Shown here in pieces: positions 51,398 to 60,544 of a DNA stretch of 64,000 nt (position 1 is its first letter; the number at the start of each line of letters is the position of its first letter). The position numbers were made by a program, and so were the translations under genes. Below the pieces are notes generated by a model that saw only the letters and a program-made list of their open reading frames with translations, was not told the origin of the DNA and made no database searches. Source of the DNA: an uncultured Verrucomicrobiae bacterium (GTDB lineage: Bacteria; Chlamydiota; Chlamydiia; Chlamydiales; Rhabdochlamydiaceae); assembly GCA_963813135.1 (NCBI GenBank), contig CAWEXY010000018.1, forward strand, positions 31,509 through 95,508, written 5' to 3'.

Positions 51398-52606
51398 CTA
51401 ATCCAGAGTCCTGACGGTCACACTCTTGATACCGAGCACAGTCGACTCCTCGACTGTGATCTCAAAGTTGCCCACCTTCACAGACTCGCCAGGCGCTGGC
51501 GGATGGTCCAGGAGCTCCGCTACTAATTCTCCCAGCGTCGCCGCTTCCAACCCCTCTAGATGAGCTTGATATTGGGCATTGAAATCCGCTAGGAGCATAT
51601 CGCCAGGAAAGGTTCGATCGACAACGATAGCATGGCCAGAGGGAACTGCCTCTTCCATCGACATCCACGCGTCCGATTGGCCGAAGATCTCGTCGATGAT
51701 CTCATCGAGCGTGAGGATCCCCGTCGCATGCCCTTTTACATCGAGGACGACGGCAACGCTTTGGTTATTACGCTGAAATTGTTTGAGGATGGAGAGCACC
51801 GTATCGGTTTCCGTAATGAACCAGGGCGGCCTGGCATGATCGCGCACCCGTTTGTTCTCGGCCAAGCGCAGCAGGTCGCGCGGGTAGGCAACGGCGACGA
51901 TGTTGGGCAGCTCCTTATGGTAGATCGGAACAAAAGGAGAGTAGTTGGAGGTGAGCAGGGTGCGCATCTCGGCCACAGTGCAGATCGAAGGGATCGTTTG
52001 AATGCCGGAGAGGGGTTTCATGAGCTCCTTCGCTGTCTCATTTTTCAAAGAAAAGACATGGGAAACGATCGTATTGAACTCGTCGCGCTCTTCTAAAATC
52101 TTCTGGAACTCATCGCGGCTCAAATAGAGGCCTCCGTCCTCAGAGGTGCGGAGCAGTTTGTTGACGCCTTTGCAGAGAAGATCGAGCAGCCAAATGACCG
52201 GGCGCAGAATAATCGATACGAAGTACAGGACAGGAACGCCGAGCATCGCGGCATGTTCGGCATACCGGCGGCCTGCAAAAAGAGGCGCGACCTCGGCTAA
52301 GATAATGACGATAAAGATCTGCGACAGCGGCGACCAGGCAGGAGAAAGCCCTAAGGATTCGTAAAAATGCCTCGAAGCCTCCGAACCCAGAAGAAGCGCT
52401 CCATTGATGCAGATGAGCGCCGTCCCGAAGAGACGGCCTGGATGGTGCAGGAGATCGCTCAACCATCTTGCCCTGCGGCTGCCTTTGCTCACATAATATT
52501 GGAGCCGGACCTTGTTAAAAGAGATGGCGGCCATCTCGACCATGGCAAAAAATCCCTGAACGATGAGGCAGATCACAATGAGAGTAAGAAAAAACTTCCA
52601 GCTCAT
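51398..52606 (-). CDS. CNNM/DUF21-CBS-CorC protein
   Basis: GFFAMVEMA TM domain, CBS pair, C-terminal CorC-like domain. Confidence 0.88.
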   Translation of the reverse strand: MSWKFFLTLIVICLIVQGFFAMVEMAAISFNKVRLQYYVSKGSRRARWLSDLLHHPGRLFGTALICINGALLLGSEASRHFYESLGLSPAWSPLSQIFIVIILAEVAPLFAGRRYAEHAAMLGVPVLYFVSIILRPVIWLLDLLCKGVNKLLRTSEDGGLYLSRDEFQKILEERDEFNTIVSHVFSLKNETAKELMKPLSGIQTIPSICTVAEMRTLLTSNYSPFVPIYHKELPNIVAVAYPRDLLRLAENKRVRDHARPPWFITETDTVLSILKQFQRNNQSVAVVLDVKGHATGILTLDEIIDEIFGQSDAWMSMEEAVPSGHAIVVDRTFPGDMLLADFNAQYQAHLEGLEAATLGELVAELLDHPPAPGESVKVGNFEITVEESTVLGIKSVTVRTLD

Positions 52607-52700
52607 CCGCACCTTCCAAAGAGATTTTTAACGCAAAGCTCGAAGGCCGTAGAATATGTCCTAATATCTGGAAGGTAACTTCGGTTAAATCTGAAGAAAA

Positions 52701-53053
52701 GATTTTTAACGCAAAGGCGCAAAGGCGCAAAAGAAATCTTAGCGCCTCCGCGTCTTTGCGTTAAAATTCCCTCTCTATTTCCCTTGGTATCAGTTAAGTT
52801 ACTTAGGAGGCGCAAAGGCGCAAAAGAAATCTTAGCGCCTCCGCGTCTTTGCGTTAAAACTCCCTCTCTATTTCCCTTGGTATCAGTTAAGTTACTTAGG
52901 AGGCGCAAAGGCGCAAAAGAAAACTTAGCGCCTCCGCGTCTTTGCGTTAAAATTCCCTCTCTATTTCCCTTGGTATCAGTTAAGTTACTTAGGAGACGCA
53001 AAGGCGCAAAAGAAATTTTAGCGCCTCCGCGTCTTTGCGTTAAAATTCCCTCT
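52701..53053. repeat. 93-bp tandem array (~3.6 copies) built from the family A hairpin
   Basis: CGTCTTTGCG recurs at 52751, 52844, 52937, 53030; units nearly identical. Confidence 0.95.
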
Positions 53054-53063
53054 CTTCTCTCCA

Positions 53064-54299
53064 TCATCGTTTCTTGAGCCTCCGGATATAGACGCGCCGC
53101 ACGCGAGTAGGATCGGCGGCAAGCACATGAAAGAGAAAGTACTCGGTCTGGTATTTGCTGCCGCTTTTCGGGATGTCTCCCATCTTCTCCGTCAGATATC
53201 CCCCGATCGTCACCATGTTGTTTTCACTGACGAGGGGAAAATCAAAAATCCGCTCAATATCTGCCAGTTCCATTTTACCGCTGGCGATGATGACATCCTC
53301 TCCTGAGCGGGTGTACATGCTTTTTTCATCGCGCCTGTCGGAAATTTCCCCGATGACAGTCTCCACCAAATCTTCCAGCGCCACAATGCCCGATACCGCG
53401 CCATATTCATCGACGACGATGGCAAACGACTCTTGTTTGTCATAGAACTGCCGCAGGAGGATCTTAGCCTGGACGGACTCGGGGACAAAAAAGGGCCGTT
53501 CTAAAATCGCGCGGAGGTCTTCGGGCGTCTTTAAGGTCTCGCGATGCAGGAAAAAAAGACGGCTGGTCATGACGCCCACGATCTGATCCAGGCCCCCTGT
53601 GCTGACCGGAATGCGGGAACACTCTTCATCCACGAAAAGATGGATCAGCTTGGACAGAGGATCTTCCACATCGTAGTAGAGGACCTCTTCGCGGGGCCTC
53701 ATGCGCTCTTTGACGGTTGAGTCCTGGAGCGTCAGATAGCCGCGGACAATGTCGGCCTCTTGGCTGTTGAGAACCCCATATTTTTGTGAAGTTCTGAGCG
53801 CGTGTTGTAATTCGTCGATCGAGATCTCTTCCTCCTTGCGCAGGAAAAAGAAAAAAAAGCGCGCCGCATAGTTAGTGATCGTAACGACGACTTTGCGCAG
53901 CGGCAAGAGCAGCTTTTGGATGACATAGACCGTGGGGGCCACGAAGTAGGAAAGGCGCTCGCTCTCAACGAGGCCGATCGACTTAGGGATGACTTCGCCC
54001 AGAACAACGGTCAAAACAAGCGGCAGGCCCACCGAAAGAAACCAGCTGGCCCCTTCTCCAAACAGGGCCGACATCACGTTCTGGATCAAGATGCTGAACG
54101 TGATAAGGAGCATGATCAGCGTTACTAGAAGGTCGCCGGGGGCGGCAAGCAGCGTCGCAATCAATTGATTGCGAGGGTCCTTGTCGTGCCTGAGGGTTTT
54201 GATTTTGAGAGAGGAAAGAGAAAAAAGGGCTGTCTCGGCCGCGGCGACGAGCCCCGTGAGGATTAGAAGCCCTATCAGAAGTAGAATGAGCCCTATCAT
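53064..54299 (-). CDS. CNNM/DUF21-CBS-CorC (hemolysin-like) protein
   Basis: AETALFSL, GEVIPKS, M.PR, SRIPV, IVVDEYG, EDLVE..IGEI.D. Confidence 0.92.
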   Translation of the reverse strand: MIGLILLLIGLLILTGLVAAAETALFSLSSLKIKTLRHDKDPRNQLIATLLAAPGDLLVTLIMLLITFSILIQNVMSALFGEGASWFLSVGLPLVLTVVLGEVIPKSIGLVESERLSYFVAPTVYVIQKLLLPLRKVVVTITNYAARFFFFFLRKEEEISIDELQHALRTSQKYGVLNSQEADIVRGYLTLQDSTVKERMRPREEVLYYDVEDPLSKLIHLFVDEECSRIPVSTGGLDQIVGVMTSRLFFLHRETLKTPEDLRAILERPFFVPESVQAKILLRQFYDKQESFAIVVDEYGAVSGIVALEDLVETVIGEISDRRDEKSMYTRSGEDVIIASGKMELADIERIFDFPLVSENNMVTIGGYLTEKMGDIPKSGSKYQTEYFLFHVLAADPTRVRRVYIRRLKKR

Positions 54300-54574
54300 G
54301 GGTTAAAGTAAATCTTTACAGCGCCCTGAGGAGTCATCCCAAGCTCTTCCATCAGGCGAAGTTCGATCCAAGCGGGATCTGTTTGGCTTTGGATCTCCAT
54401 CAGAAGCTCTTCTTGGGCCTGCTGAGCCAGCAATTTATCGTGCTCGAGCCCCTTAAGGCGCCCTTGGAGTTCCTTCAACTGAAGCGACTTTTCGTGCATC
54501 CCATGGAAATAGACGAATGAAAACACCCCTGCAAAGAGAATGGCCCACCATGAATTTTTAAGACTTGCCTTCAT
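54296..54574 (-). CDS. FtsB/FtsL-like septum formation initiator (CT038-like)
   Basis: Single TM + coiled coil + DPAWIE..LM.ELG..P.G; next to dcd. Confidence 0.7.
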   Translation of the reverse strand: MKASLKNSWWAILFAGVFSFVYFHGMHEKSLQLKELQGRLKGLEHDKLLAQQAQEELLMEIQSQTDPAWIELRLMEELGMTPQGAVKIYFNP

Positions 54575-54602
54575 ATACTCTATCTAACCCGTCTTTGATT
54601 TA

Positions 54603-55169
54603 TCAAGCAAGCGGCAGAGTGATTTCGGTTTGCCCCATATACTTGCCTCCTCGGTCGGCATACGAAGTCTCGCAAACCTCATTCCCTTGATAAAAGAGCA
54701 CTTGCGCCAGTCCCTCGTTCGCATAGATTTTGGCAGGGAGCGGGGTCGTGTTGGAAATCTCCAGCGTCACATAACCCTCCCATTCCGGCTCAAAAGGCGT
54801 CACGTTAACGATGATCCCGCATCTAGCATAGGTCGATTTGCCGATGCACATCGTGATCACGTCCCGTGGAATCCGAAAATACTCCACGCTGCAAGCTAGG
54901 GCGAACGAGTTGGGTGGAATGATGCAATAATCCCCTTCCACATTAATAAACGCCGCGTCGCTAAAATTTTTAGGATCAACGATACTGTTATAAAGGTTTG
55001 TAAACAATTTAAATTTGCGCGACACGCGCAGATCGTAGCCATAGCTCGACAGTCCATAACTGATGACTTTTCTTCCATCTTCAAAGCGCACTTGACCGTC
55101 CACGAAGGGCTCGATCATCTTGTGTTTTTGCGCCATTTCTCTGATCCATCGGTCCGATTTAATGCTCAT
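54603..55169 (-). CDS. dcd: dCTP deaminase
   Basis: [25 protein letters not shown]. Confidence 0.97.
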   Translation of the reverse strand: MSIKSDRWIREMAQKHKMIEPFVDGQVRFEDGRKVISYGLSSYGYDLRVSRKFKLFTNLYNSIVDPKNFSDAAFINVEGDYCIIPPNSFALACSVEYFRIPRDVITMCIGKSTYARCGIIVNVTPFEPEWEGYVTLEISNTTPLPAKIYANEGLAQVLFYQGNEVCETSYADRGGKYMGQTEITLPLA

Positions 55170-55233
55170 ATTTTACCTCTAATAAGCTGTATATATAGCC
55201 GTACAATTCGTTTTTTGCTAGGATTTCGATAAT

Positions 55234-56256
55234 ATGACGGAAAAATTTATCGAGTCATCTCTCGAAAGAGCGGATGTGCCGTTCGAAAACACCTTGCGCC
55301 CGCAGTCGCTCCCCGAATTTATCGGCCAGGAAGCTGTGCGAGAGAGGCTCGACGTGCTCATGCATGCCAGCAAGCAGCGCAATGAACCGCTCGGCCACTG
55401 TTTATTCCATGGCCCGCCAGGCGTGGGAAAAACGACGCTCGCCCACCTGATCTCTAAAACGATGGGGACCTCCATCACCGTCACTTCAGGCCCCGTCCTT
55501 GAAAAGGCAGGCGATTTGGCCGGACTCCTCACCAACTTGAAGGAAGGCGACGTTCTTTTCATCGATGAGATCCATCGCCTCAGCCGCAACGTGGAAGAAT
55601 ACCTCTATCCCGCCCTCGAAGATTTTTGCCTCGATCTTCTCATCGACACTGGTCCATCGGCCCGAAGCGTCAAAGTCAACCTGAATAAATTCACCCTCGT
55701 CGGCGCCACCACGCGCCTCGGCCTCATCAGCAGCCCCCTGCGCTCCCGTTTTCTGTTCACGAGCCGCCTCGATTACTACGACCTGCCCACCCTCGAAAAA
55801 ATCCTTCAACGTTCCGCAACCGTACTCAGCATTCCCCTCCTCGCTGATGGGGCGTATGAAGTCGCCCGCCGCTCCCGCGGCACGCCCCGCGTGGCCAACA
55901 ATTTACTGAGATGGGTCCGCGATTTTGCCCAGTCCAAAGGCCATAAGCGCATCGATGCCGCTGTCGCTCAAAATGCCCTCCAGATGCTCGCCATCGACGA
56001 CCGCGGGCTCGACGAGATGGACAAGAAAATCCTCGAAGTGATCATCGATCATCACGATGGCGGCCCTGTCGGCCTCGCCACGGTCGCTGTCGCCATCGGG
56101 GAAGAGCCCTCAACCCTCGAAGAAGTCCACGAACCCTACCTCATCATGCAAGGCTTTCTCAAGCGCACGCTGCGCGGCCGGGAAGCCACCCGCCTCGCCT
56201 ACGAACATCTCGGCCGGGGGCTTCCAACCAAGTTAATACAAGGAGAACTCCTATGA
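55234..56256 (+). CDS. ruvB: Holliday junction helicase RuvB
   Basis: LRP..L.EFIGQ, GPPGVGKTT, DEIHRL, RGTPR.AN. Confidence 0.98.
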   Translation: MTEKFIESSLERADVPFENTLRPQSLPEFIGQEAVRERLDVLMHASKQRNEPLGHCLFHGPPGVGKTTLAHLISKTMGTSITVTSGPVLEKAGDLAGLLTNLKEGDVLFIDEIHRLSRNVEEYLYPALEDFCLDLLIDTGPSARSVKVNLNKFTLVGATTRLGLISSPLRSRFLFTSRLDYYDLPTLEKILQRSATVLSIPLLADGAYEVARRSRGTPRVANNLLRWVRDFAQSKGHKRIDAAVAQNALQMLAIDDRGLDEMDKKILEVIIDHHDGGPVGLATVAVAIGEEPSTLEEVHEPYLIMQGFLKRTLRGREATRLAYEHLGRGLPTKLIQGELL

Positions 56257-57395
56257 AATCGATCCGCATCCTGCTAGCCGTGCTATGCATGAGCTTTAGC
56301 ACAGATTTTTCCCAAAAATCTAAACCGGCGACCATCCGTGTGCTCGTCGAAAAGGGCGCTGAAAAAGTGCTCCTCGACATTAAAGGCCGCCACCACGTCT
56401 ATAATCCCGATGATGGAAGCCACATAACTTCCCACGTTACGGGCCGGCGCCATCCTGTGACCGTCGAAGAATACGGTCTGCGCTGGGGCGAGAAATTTCC
56501 TGGCTCCTACCGATTAAGATTTGTCCCTGGCGAATCGAGCAGCACTATCCTCGTGAGCGGCATTGAGTACAAAGGATGCGTCGAGCTCCATGCTATAGAA
56601 GGAAAGTTATTCGTGATCAACGAAGTCGATGTCGAAACCTACCTCAAATCGACCCTCACGGCCCAGTTCCCTGAGCCCCGCACCGAAGAAGTCATGAATG
56701 CCATCGCCATCGTTGCCCGCACTAACGTCTACTATCTCCTTTCGAAAAACTCCACCAGCATCTGGCATGTGGACGGCCAAGAATCCCACTTCGAGGGCGC
56801 CGGACTCGTGTCTACAAAACCCCACGTCGACCATGCCGTCGATGTCACCCGCCACGCCATCATGACATACAGCGGAAGCCCTTTCCCCGCCGCTTGGAGC
56901 GAAGACAGCGCCGGCAAGACCGTCGACTTTGCCGCGATGATGCGCAAACCCGTTATAACGCCCCCTGGCGTCGCTGCCCCTATCGCTGCGCACGAAAGAA
57001 AAAGCCATATGTGGACCTTTACGACTTCGAAACAAAGCCTTGCCAAAGTCGCAAACCTCCCCCACATCCAAGCCGTCGATCTCTATCTCGTACCCCAAAC
57101 GACAAAAGTCTATGGAGTCAAGCTCAAGAATGCCGGATCGAGCAACGACATCGACTTCCTGTCCCTCCAAAAAGTGCTAGGCAGCCAACGGCTCCGCAGC
57201 AACGATTTCACGATCACAGCGAAGGGCGACAATCTTATTTTTACCGGGTACGGCGATGGCCTGAGCGTCGGCCTCTGCCTCCTCAGCGCCAAAGTCCTTG
57301 CAGATAAGGGAGAAAAGGCTTCTGATATCTTGGCCTCCTTCTTCCCCAATACTCAACTTGAAAAGGTAAGGTCCCTGGATCAAATAAAAAATTAG
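56253..57395 (+). CDS. SpoIID/LytB domain protein
   Basis: INEVDVETYL, AIAIVART, LRSNDF, GYGDGLSVGLC..SA. Confidence 0.8.
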   Translation: MKSIRILLAVLCMSFSTDFSQKSKPATIRVLVEKGAEKVLLDIKGRHHVYNPDDGSHITSHVTGRRHPVTVEEYGLRWGEKFPGSYRLRFVPGESSSTILVSGIEYKGCVELHAIEGKLFVINEVDVETYLKSTLTAQFPEPRTEEVMNAIAIVARTNVYYLLSKNSTSIWHVDGQESHFEGAGLVSTKPHVDHAVDVTRHAIMTYSGSPFPAAWSEDSAGKTVDFAAMMRKPVITPPGVAAPIAAHERKSHMWTFTTSKQSLAKVANLPHIQAVDLYLVPQTTKVYGVKLKNAGSSNDIDFLSLQKVLGSQRLRSNDFTITAKGDNLIFTGYGDGLSVGLCLLSAKVLADKGEKASDILASFFPNTQLEKVRSLDQIKN

Positions 57396-58624
57396 TTCCA
57401 GAGAGCCGCAATCGGCATCGCGATCAAATCGGGACCAAAGGATAGGGTCTGGTGGCCTGCGTAGAGAACAATCCCTCGCAGAAAATCGGGCCCGCATGCC
57501 TCTTTCAAATGATGGAAATTTCGGAAATCTTCAGCGCCGACTGTTTCGCTGCACTTGATTTCGATCCCCACTACTTTCCCTTGGCTATTTTCAAGAACGA
57601 GATCGACTTCTTTGCGATCGTGCGTATGAAAGTGAAATAAATCAATTCGTTCTTCATTCCATGTTGTTTGCTTGAGGATCTCCAAAACAACAAAATTTTC
57701 TGTCGCTTTTCCTAAGATTTGGAGATTTTGCAACAATCGATCCGCATCGAAATTCAAAAGATAGAGCAAAATCAGTGTATCGACAAAATAGACCTTCGGC
57801 GCCTTAACAAGCCGCTTTTTTAGATTTCTGCTCCAGGACGGGAGTGTATGGACGATAAACAGGCTATGTAATAGTTGCAAATAACGCCTAAGCGTCGTAG
57901 CTGCAAGAGAAGATCCCTTGGATAGATTTCCATAATCCAATAATGATCCTATCTGTGACGCCATTGTGAGAAGGAGATTCGGGAGTTGGCTTAAGCCCTC
58001 GATTTTTGCCAAATCTTGAATATCCTTTTGGAGAATCAATGATAAATAGGAATCAGCCCATTCAGCCCTCTCTGTTTTGTTATTTAACGATTGAATTTCT
58101 GGATAGCCGCCCCGGCAAATGCATTCAATTAATTCGCTCTTAGAAAACGGTAAAGAAAATTCAAAAGTTGGGTCCGCTGCAAATACTCTTTGCAAGAAAT
58201 CCTCTTGCTTTCCCCTAATTTCACCTTGGGAAAGAGGATATAGTTCGTATAAAAGCATGCGGCCCGCAAGAGAGTCGCCCAACTTAGGGACAAGCAAGGG
58301 ATTTGCAGAACCGGTTAGCATATAGCGCCCAGGAATGCGATGAGCATCGAGGTCTTCCTTGATGGGTAAAAAAAGTTCAGGCGCTCGTTGGATCTCATCG
58401 AGAATAACAGGCTTTGGAACACTGTTAATAAAACCAATAGGATCGTGCTTGGCAGCCGCCAGCGTAGGAAGATTGTCAAAAGTCACATATTGGGCTGCGC
58501 GATCCTTGGACATCCCTTTTACTATGTGGGATTTTCCTGTCTGCCTTGCGCCTACCAATAAAACCGCAGGACTGCGCGCTAAACCACTCAAGACATTATT
58601 AATCAAGAACCTACGATAGTTCAT
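57392..58624 (-). CDS. AAA+ ATPase / DUF4143 protein
   Basis: GARQTGKS, LDEIQR, LTGS, SLAGR, KRLVKAPKVYFVD, EVDLV...IEIK. Confidence 0.92.
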   Translation of the reverse strand: MNYRRFLINNVLSGLARSPAVLLVGARQTGKSHIVKGMSKDRAAQYVTFDNLPTLAAAKHDPIGFINSVPKPVILDEIQRAPELFLPIKEDLDAHRIPGRYMLTGSANPLLVPKLGDSLAGRMLLYELYPLSQGEIRGKQEDFLQRVFAADPTFEFSLPFSKSELIECICRGGYPEIQSLNNKTERAEWADSYLSLILQKDIQDLAKIEGLSQLPNLLLTMASQIGSLLDYGNLSKGSSLAATTLRRYLQLLHSLFIVHTLPSWSRNLKKRLVKAPKVYFVDTLILLYLLNFDADRLLQNLQILGKATENFVVLEILKQTTWNEERIDLFHFHTHDRKEVDLVLENSQGKVVGIEIKCSETVGAEDFRNFHHLKEACGPDFLRGIVLYAGHQTLSFGPDLIAMPIAALWN

Positions 58625-58723
58625 AACCTTACTCCATCTGATGGTCTAAATTAGACCACACCGTGGATTTTTAAGCAATTATATCATAACCTGCTTATTT
58701 ACAGTGGCTTATATGTCGACCAC

Positions 58724-58752
58724 TTGCACCTATTATCCGATTCAGGTATGAT
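58724..58752 (+). promoter_or_regulatory. sigma70-type promoter of the SRP RNA
   Basis: TTGCAC-17 bp-TATGAT just upstream of the RNA. Confidence 0.7.
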
Positions 58753-58758
58753 GCGTGG

Positions 58759-58856
58759 CGCCGGGGAACTCATAGAATAGAGCGGTTCGAACCAGGTCAG
58801 GACCGGAAGGTAGCAGCCTTAAGGACAAAACTCTATGCTAAGGGCAAATCTCCGGT
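58759..58856 (+). ncRNA. ffs: signal recognition particle RNA (4.5S)
   Basis: Conserved GTCAGGACCGGAAGGTAGCAGC helix-8 motif; CCGGG/TCCGG end pairing; downstream T-tract. Confidence 0.92.
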
Positions 58857-58860
58857 TTTT

Positions 58861-59310
58861 TTATGTCTCCATCTGCGCCTGGGGTCTTTCTGTACAGTTT
58901 TCATGAACATTTTTGATAGCATACATACCTAGTTCGTCTACAAGCCCATTCACACTAAACTTTTCGGGCACATCATGATAGACGAGCATCAAATAGGACG
59001 CTGCGATTGTCCCCATATCTAAAGCTAGACTGGCACAGTCGCTTTCACGTGAAACCACTTGAATGATGGCTTTTCCTCCAAAATATGCTCCAATGCTGAT
59101 CATCGAAGAAGGTATTAGTTGGCAACATGCCGGAACAAAAATGGGCAAACAAGAATCAAACGCAAAAGAAGACCAAGTAGATACAATCCCGATGGCATTG
59201 CGCATAACAAATTTCGCAATTTTTATCGCTGCCGGGTCAGCAGTTTCTGTATTCGGCAATTTATGCCGGATCTGTAAAGGATCAATTACTCCAAATAAAA
59301 TTTTTTCCAT
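58861..59310 (-). CDS. hypothetical membrane protein
   Basis: 149-aa ORF with hydrophobic segments; GGAG upstream. Confidence 0.5.
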   Translation of the reverse strand: MEKILFGVIDPLQIRHKLPNTETADPAAIKIAKFVMRNAIGIVSTWSSFAFDSCLPIFVPACCQLIPSSMISIGAYFGGKAIIQVVSRESDCASLALDMGTIAASYLMLVYHDVPEKFSVNGLVDELGMYAIKNVHENCTERPQAQMET

Positions 59311-59450
59311 AGTCGTTTACTCCGTTTAGATGATCGTTATTTTCATAGAAGAACCCTTCGGTCACTAAAAGAATATTCCAAAGAGGAGCTTTAATCCAAG
59401 AATTTTAAAGCGGGTTGCAAAACTCCGGTTCACGGAAAAACAAGGGCGCT

Positions 59451-60418
59451 TTAGAAATTGAACATAAAACCGCCGAACCAACCGTAATAGATCGCATACC
59501 CCCGCGTATGAACGATATGATCATCCGTGCGGTGTTTGACGAGTTGATCGGGCGCGCACGCGACGCCTGCAAAATAGAGGACCTCATAGCCCAGGTAAAT
59601 ATCCCACCACTTGAACGGGCTCAGCGTCATCTTTAAGATCCCATCGCCGATGAACGGAGCGCCGAGCTTATGTTTAGTATAGTCCCGCAGCGTGACCGTG
59701 TCGTTAAAGTCCCTAAGATGGGTATGCTGCCGGGCAAAGTCTATCGCCACGCCCCCTTTCACCGTCAGGTCCCACGAAACCCATTTCCACGGGTTCCACT
59801 CCAGCACGGCCCCTGTCTTGCACGCCGTACATGAAGTTATGCGTATCGATCGTGTAGTGGCTGACATCTTGGCCGCTGCGAAAGGCCAGTTCGAGGCCCT
59901 CGGCGAGATAATTATAACGTATCCCTGCCAGCCAAGCGACGGCGAAGTAGTCCTTTTTGCGCGGGGTAACATATCTATAATAATTCAGTTCAGCATTCTG
60001 CAGGCCGGTCTCGTATTTCGCCTCGCCATGATCGGCGCCCTCGAAGTCGTTGGAGAAATCGGGATGTTTGATGCTAAAATAGACCTTTCCGTCATCCTGG
60101 CGGCTGCATTTGGCGTGGGCCTCCCGAATCCAAAAATACGTGAGCTCAGTGGTCCAGTTAGGAGTGAAATAGCCCATTCCCACGCGATATCCCGGCTCAA
60201 AGCTGAAGTCATGGATCAGGTCCCGCACGTTGCAATGGCCAAAATCACAATTGCCGCAAGCGTCGAGTCCCCGACGTTGTGTCATAGACCAGATTTTTGT
60301 CGATGCCTTGCGTGCGCCGCAGGGTGAGGAACTCGCCCCATACGGAAAAATGTTTCTCCTCTGAGGCCGTCAGGGAGATCGTCATGGATAAAATTGAAAA
60401 TGCTAGCTTTTTTTTCAT
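59451..60418 (-). pseudogene. Lpg1974-like outer-membrane beta-barrel with two frameshifts
   Basis: MKKKLAFSIL signal, VWGEFL.LRR, FEPGYRVG, AELNY, GYEVLY, C-terminal GGFMFNF; frames join by removing single bases near 60270 and 59820. Confidence 0.7.
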
Positions 60419-60544
60419 AAGAAAGATTAAAGTACCATTGTAAATATTTTTAGGTAAAGCGCAATGAACACTTTAGGGAGATTTTGGATAAGTGCCAGCG
60501 AATGAATTGTCCATGGACCCTTTAGCCATAAAGGAAAGTAAAAC

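Noticed and set aside
52663..52690. dif-like site AATATCTGGAA-GGTAAC-TTCGGTTAAAT
   Set aside because: Only the right arm resembles a XerD site and the left arm is poor; could be chance
52701..53053. CRISPR array
   Set aside because: The units are near-identical along their whole 93 bp with no variable spacers, and there are no cas genes in the window
16935..58710. Recurring TAAGT(A/C)(G/A)CT or IHF-like short motifs near accessory genes (~16937, 21896, 33279, 52795, 58690)
   Set aside because: Too short and degenerate to separate from chance without a genome-wide test
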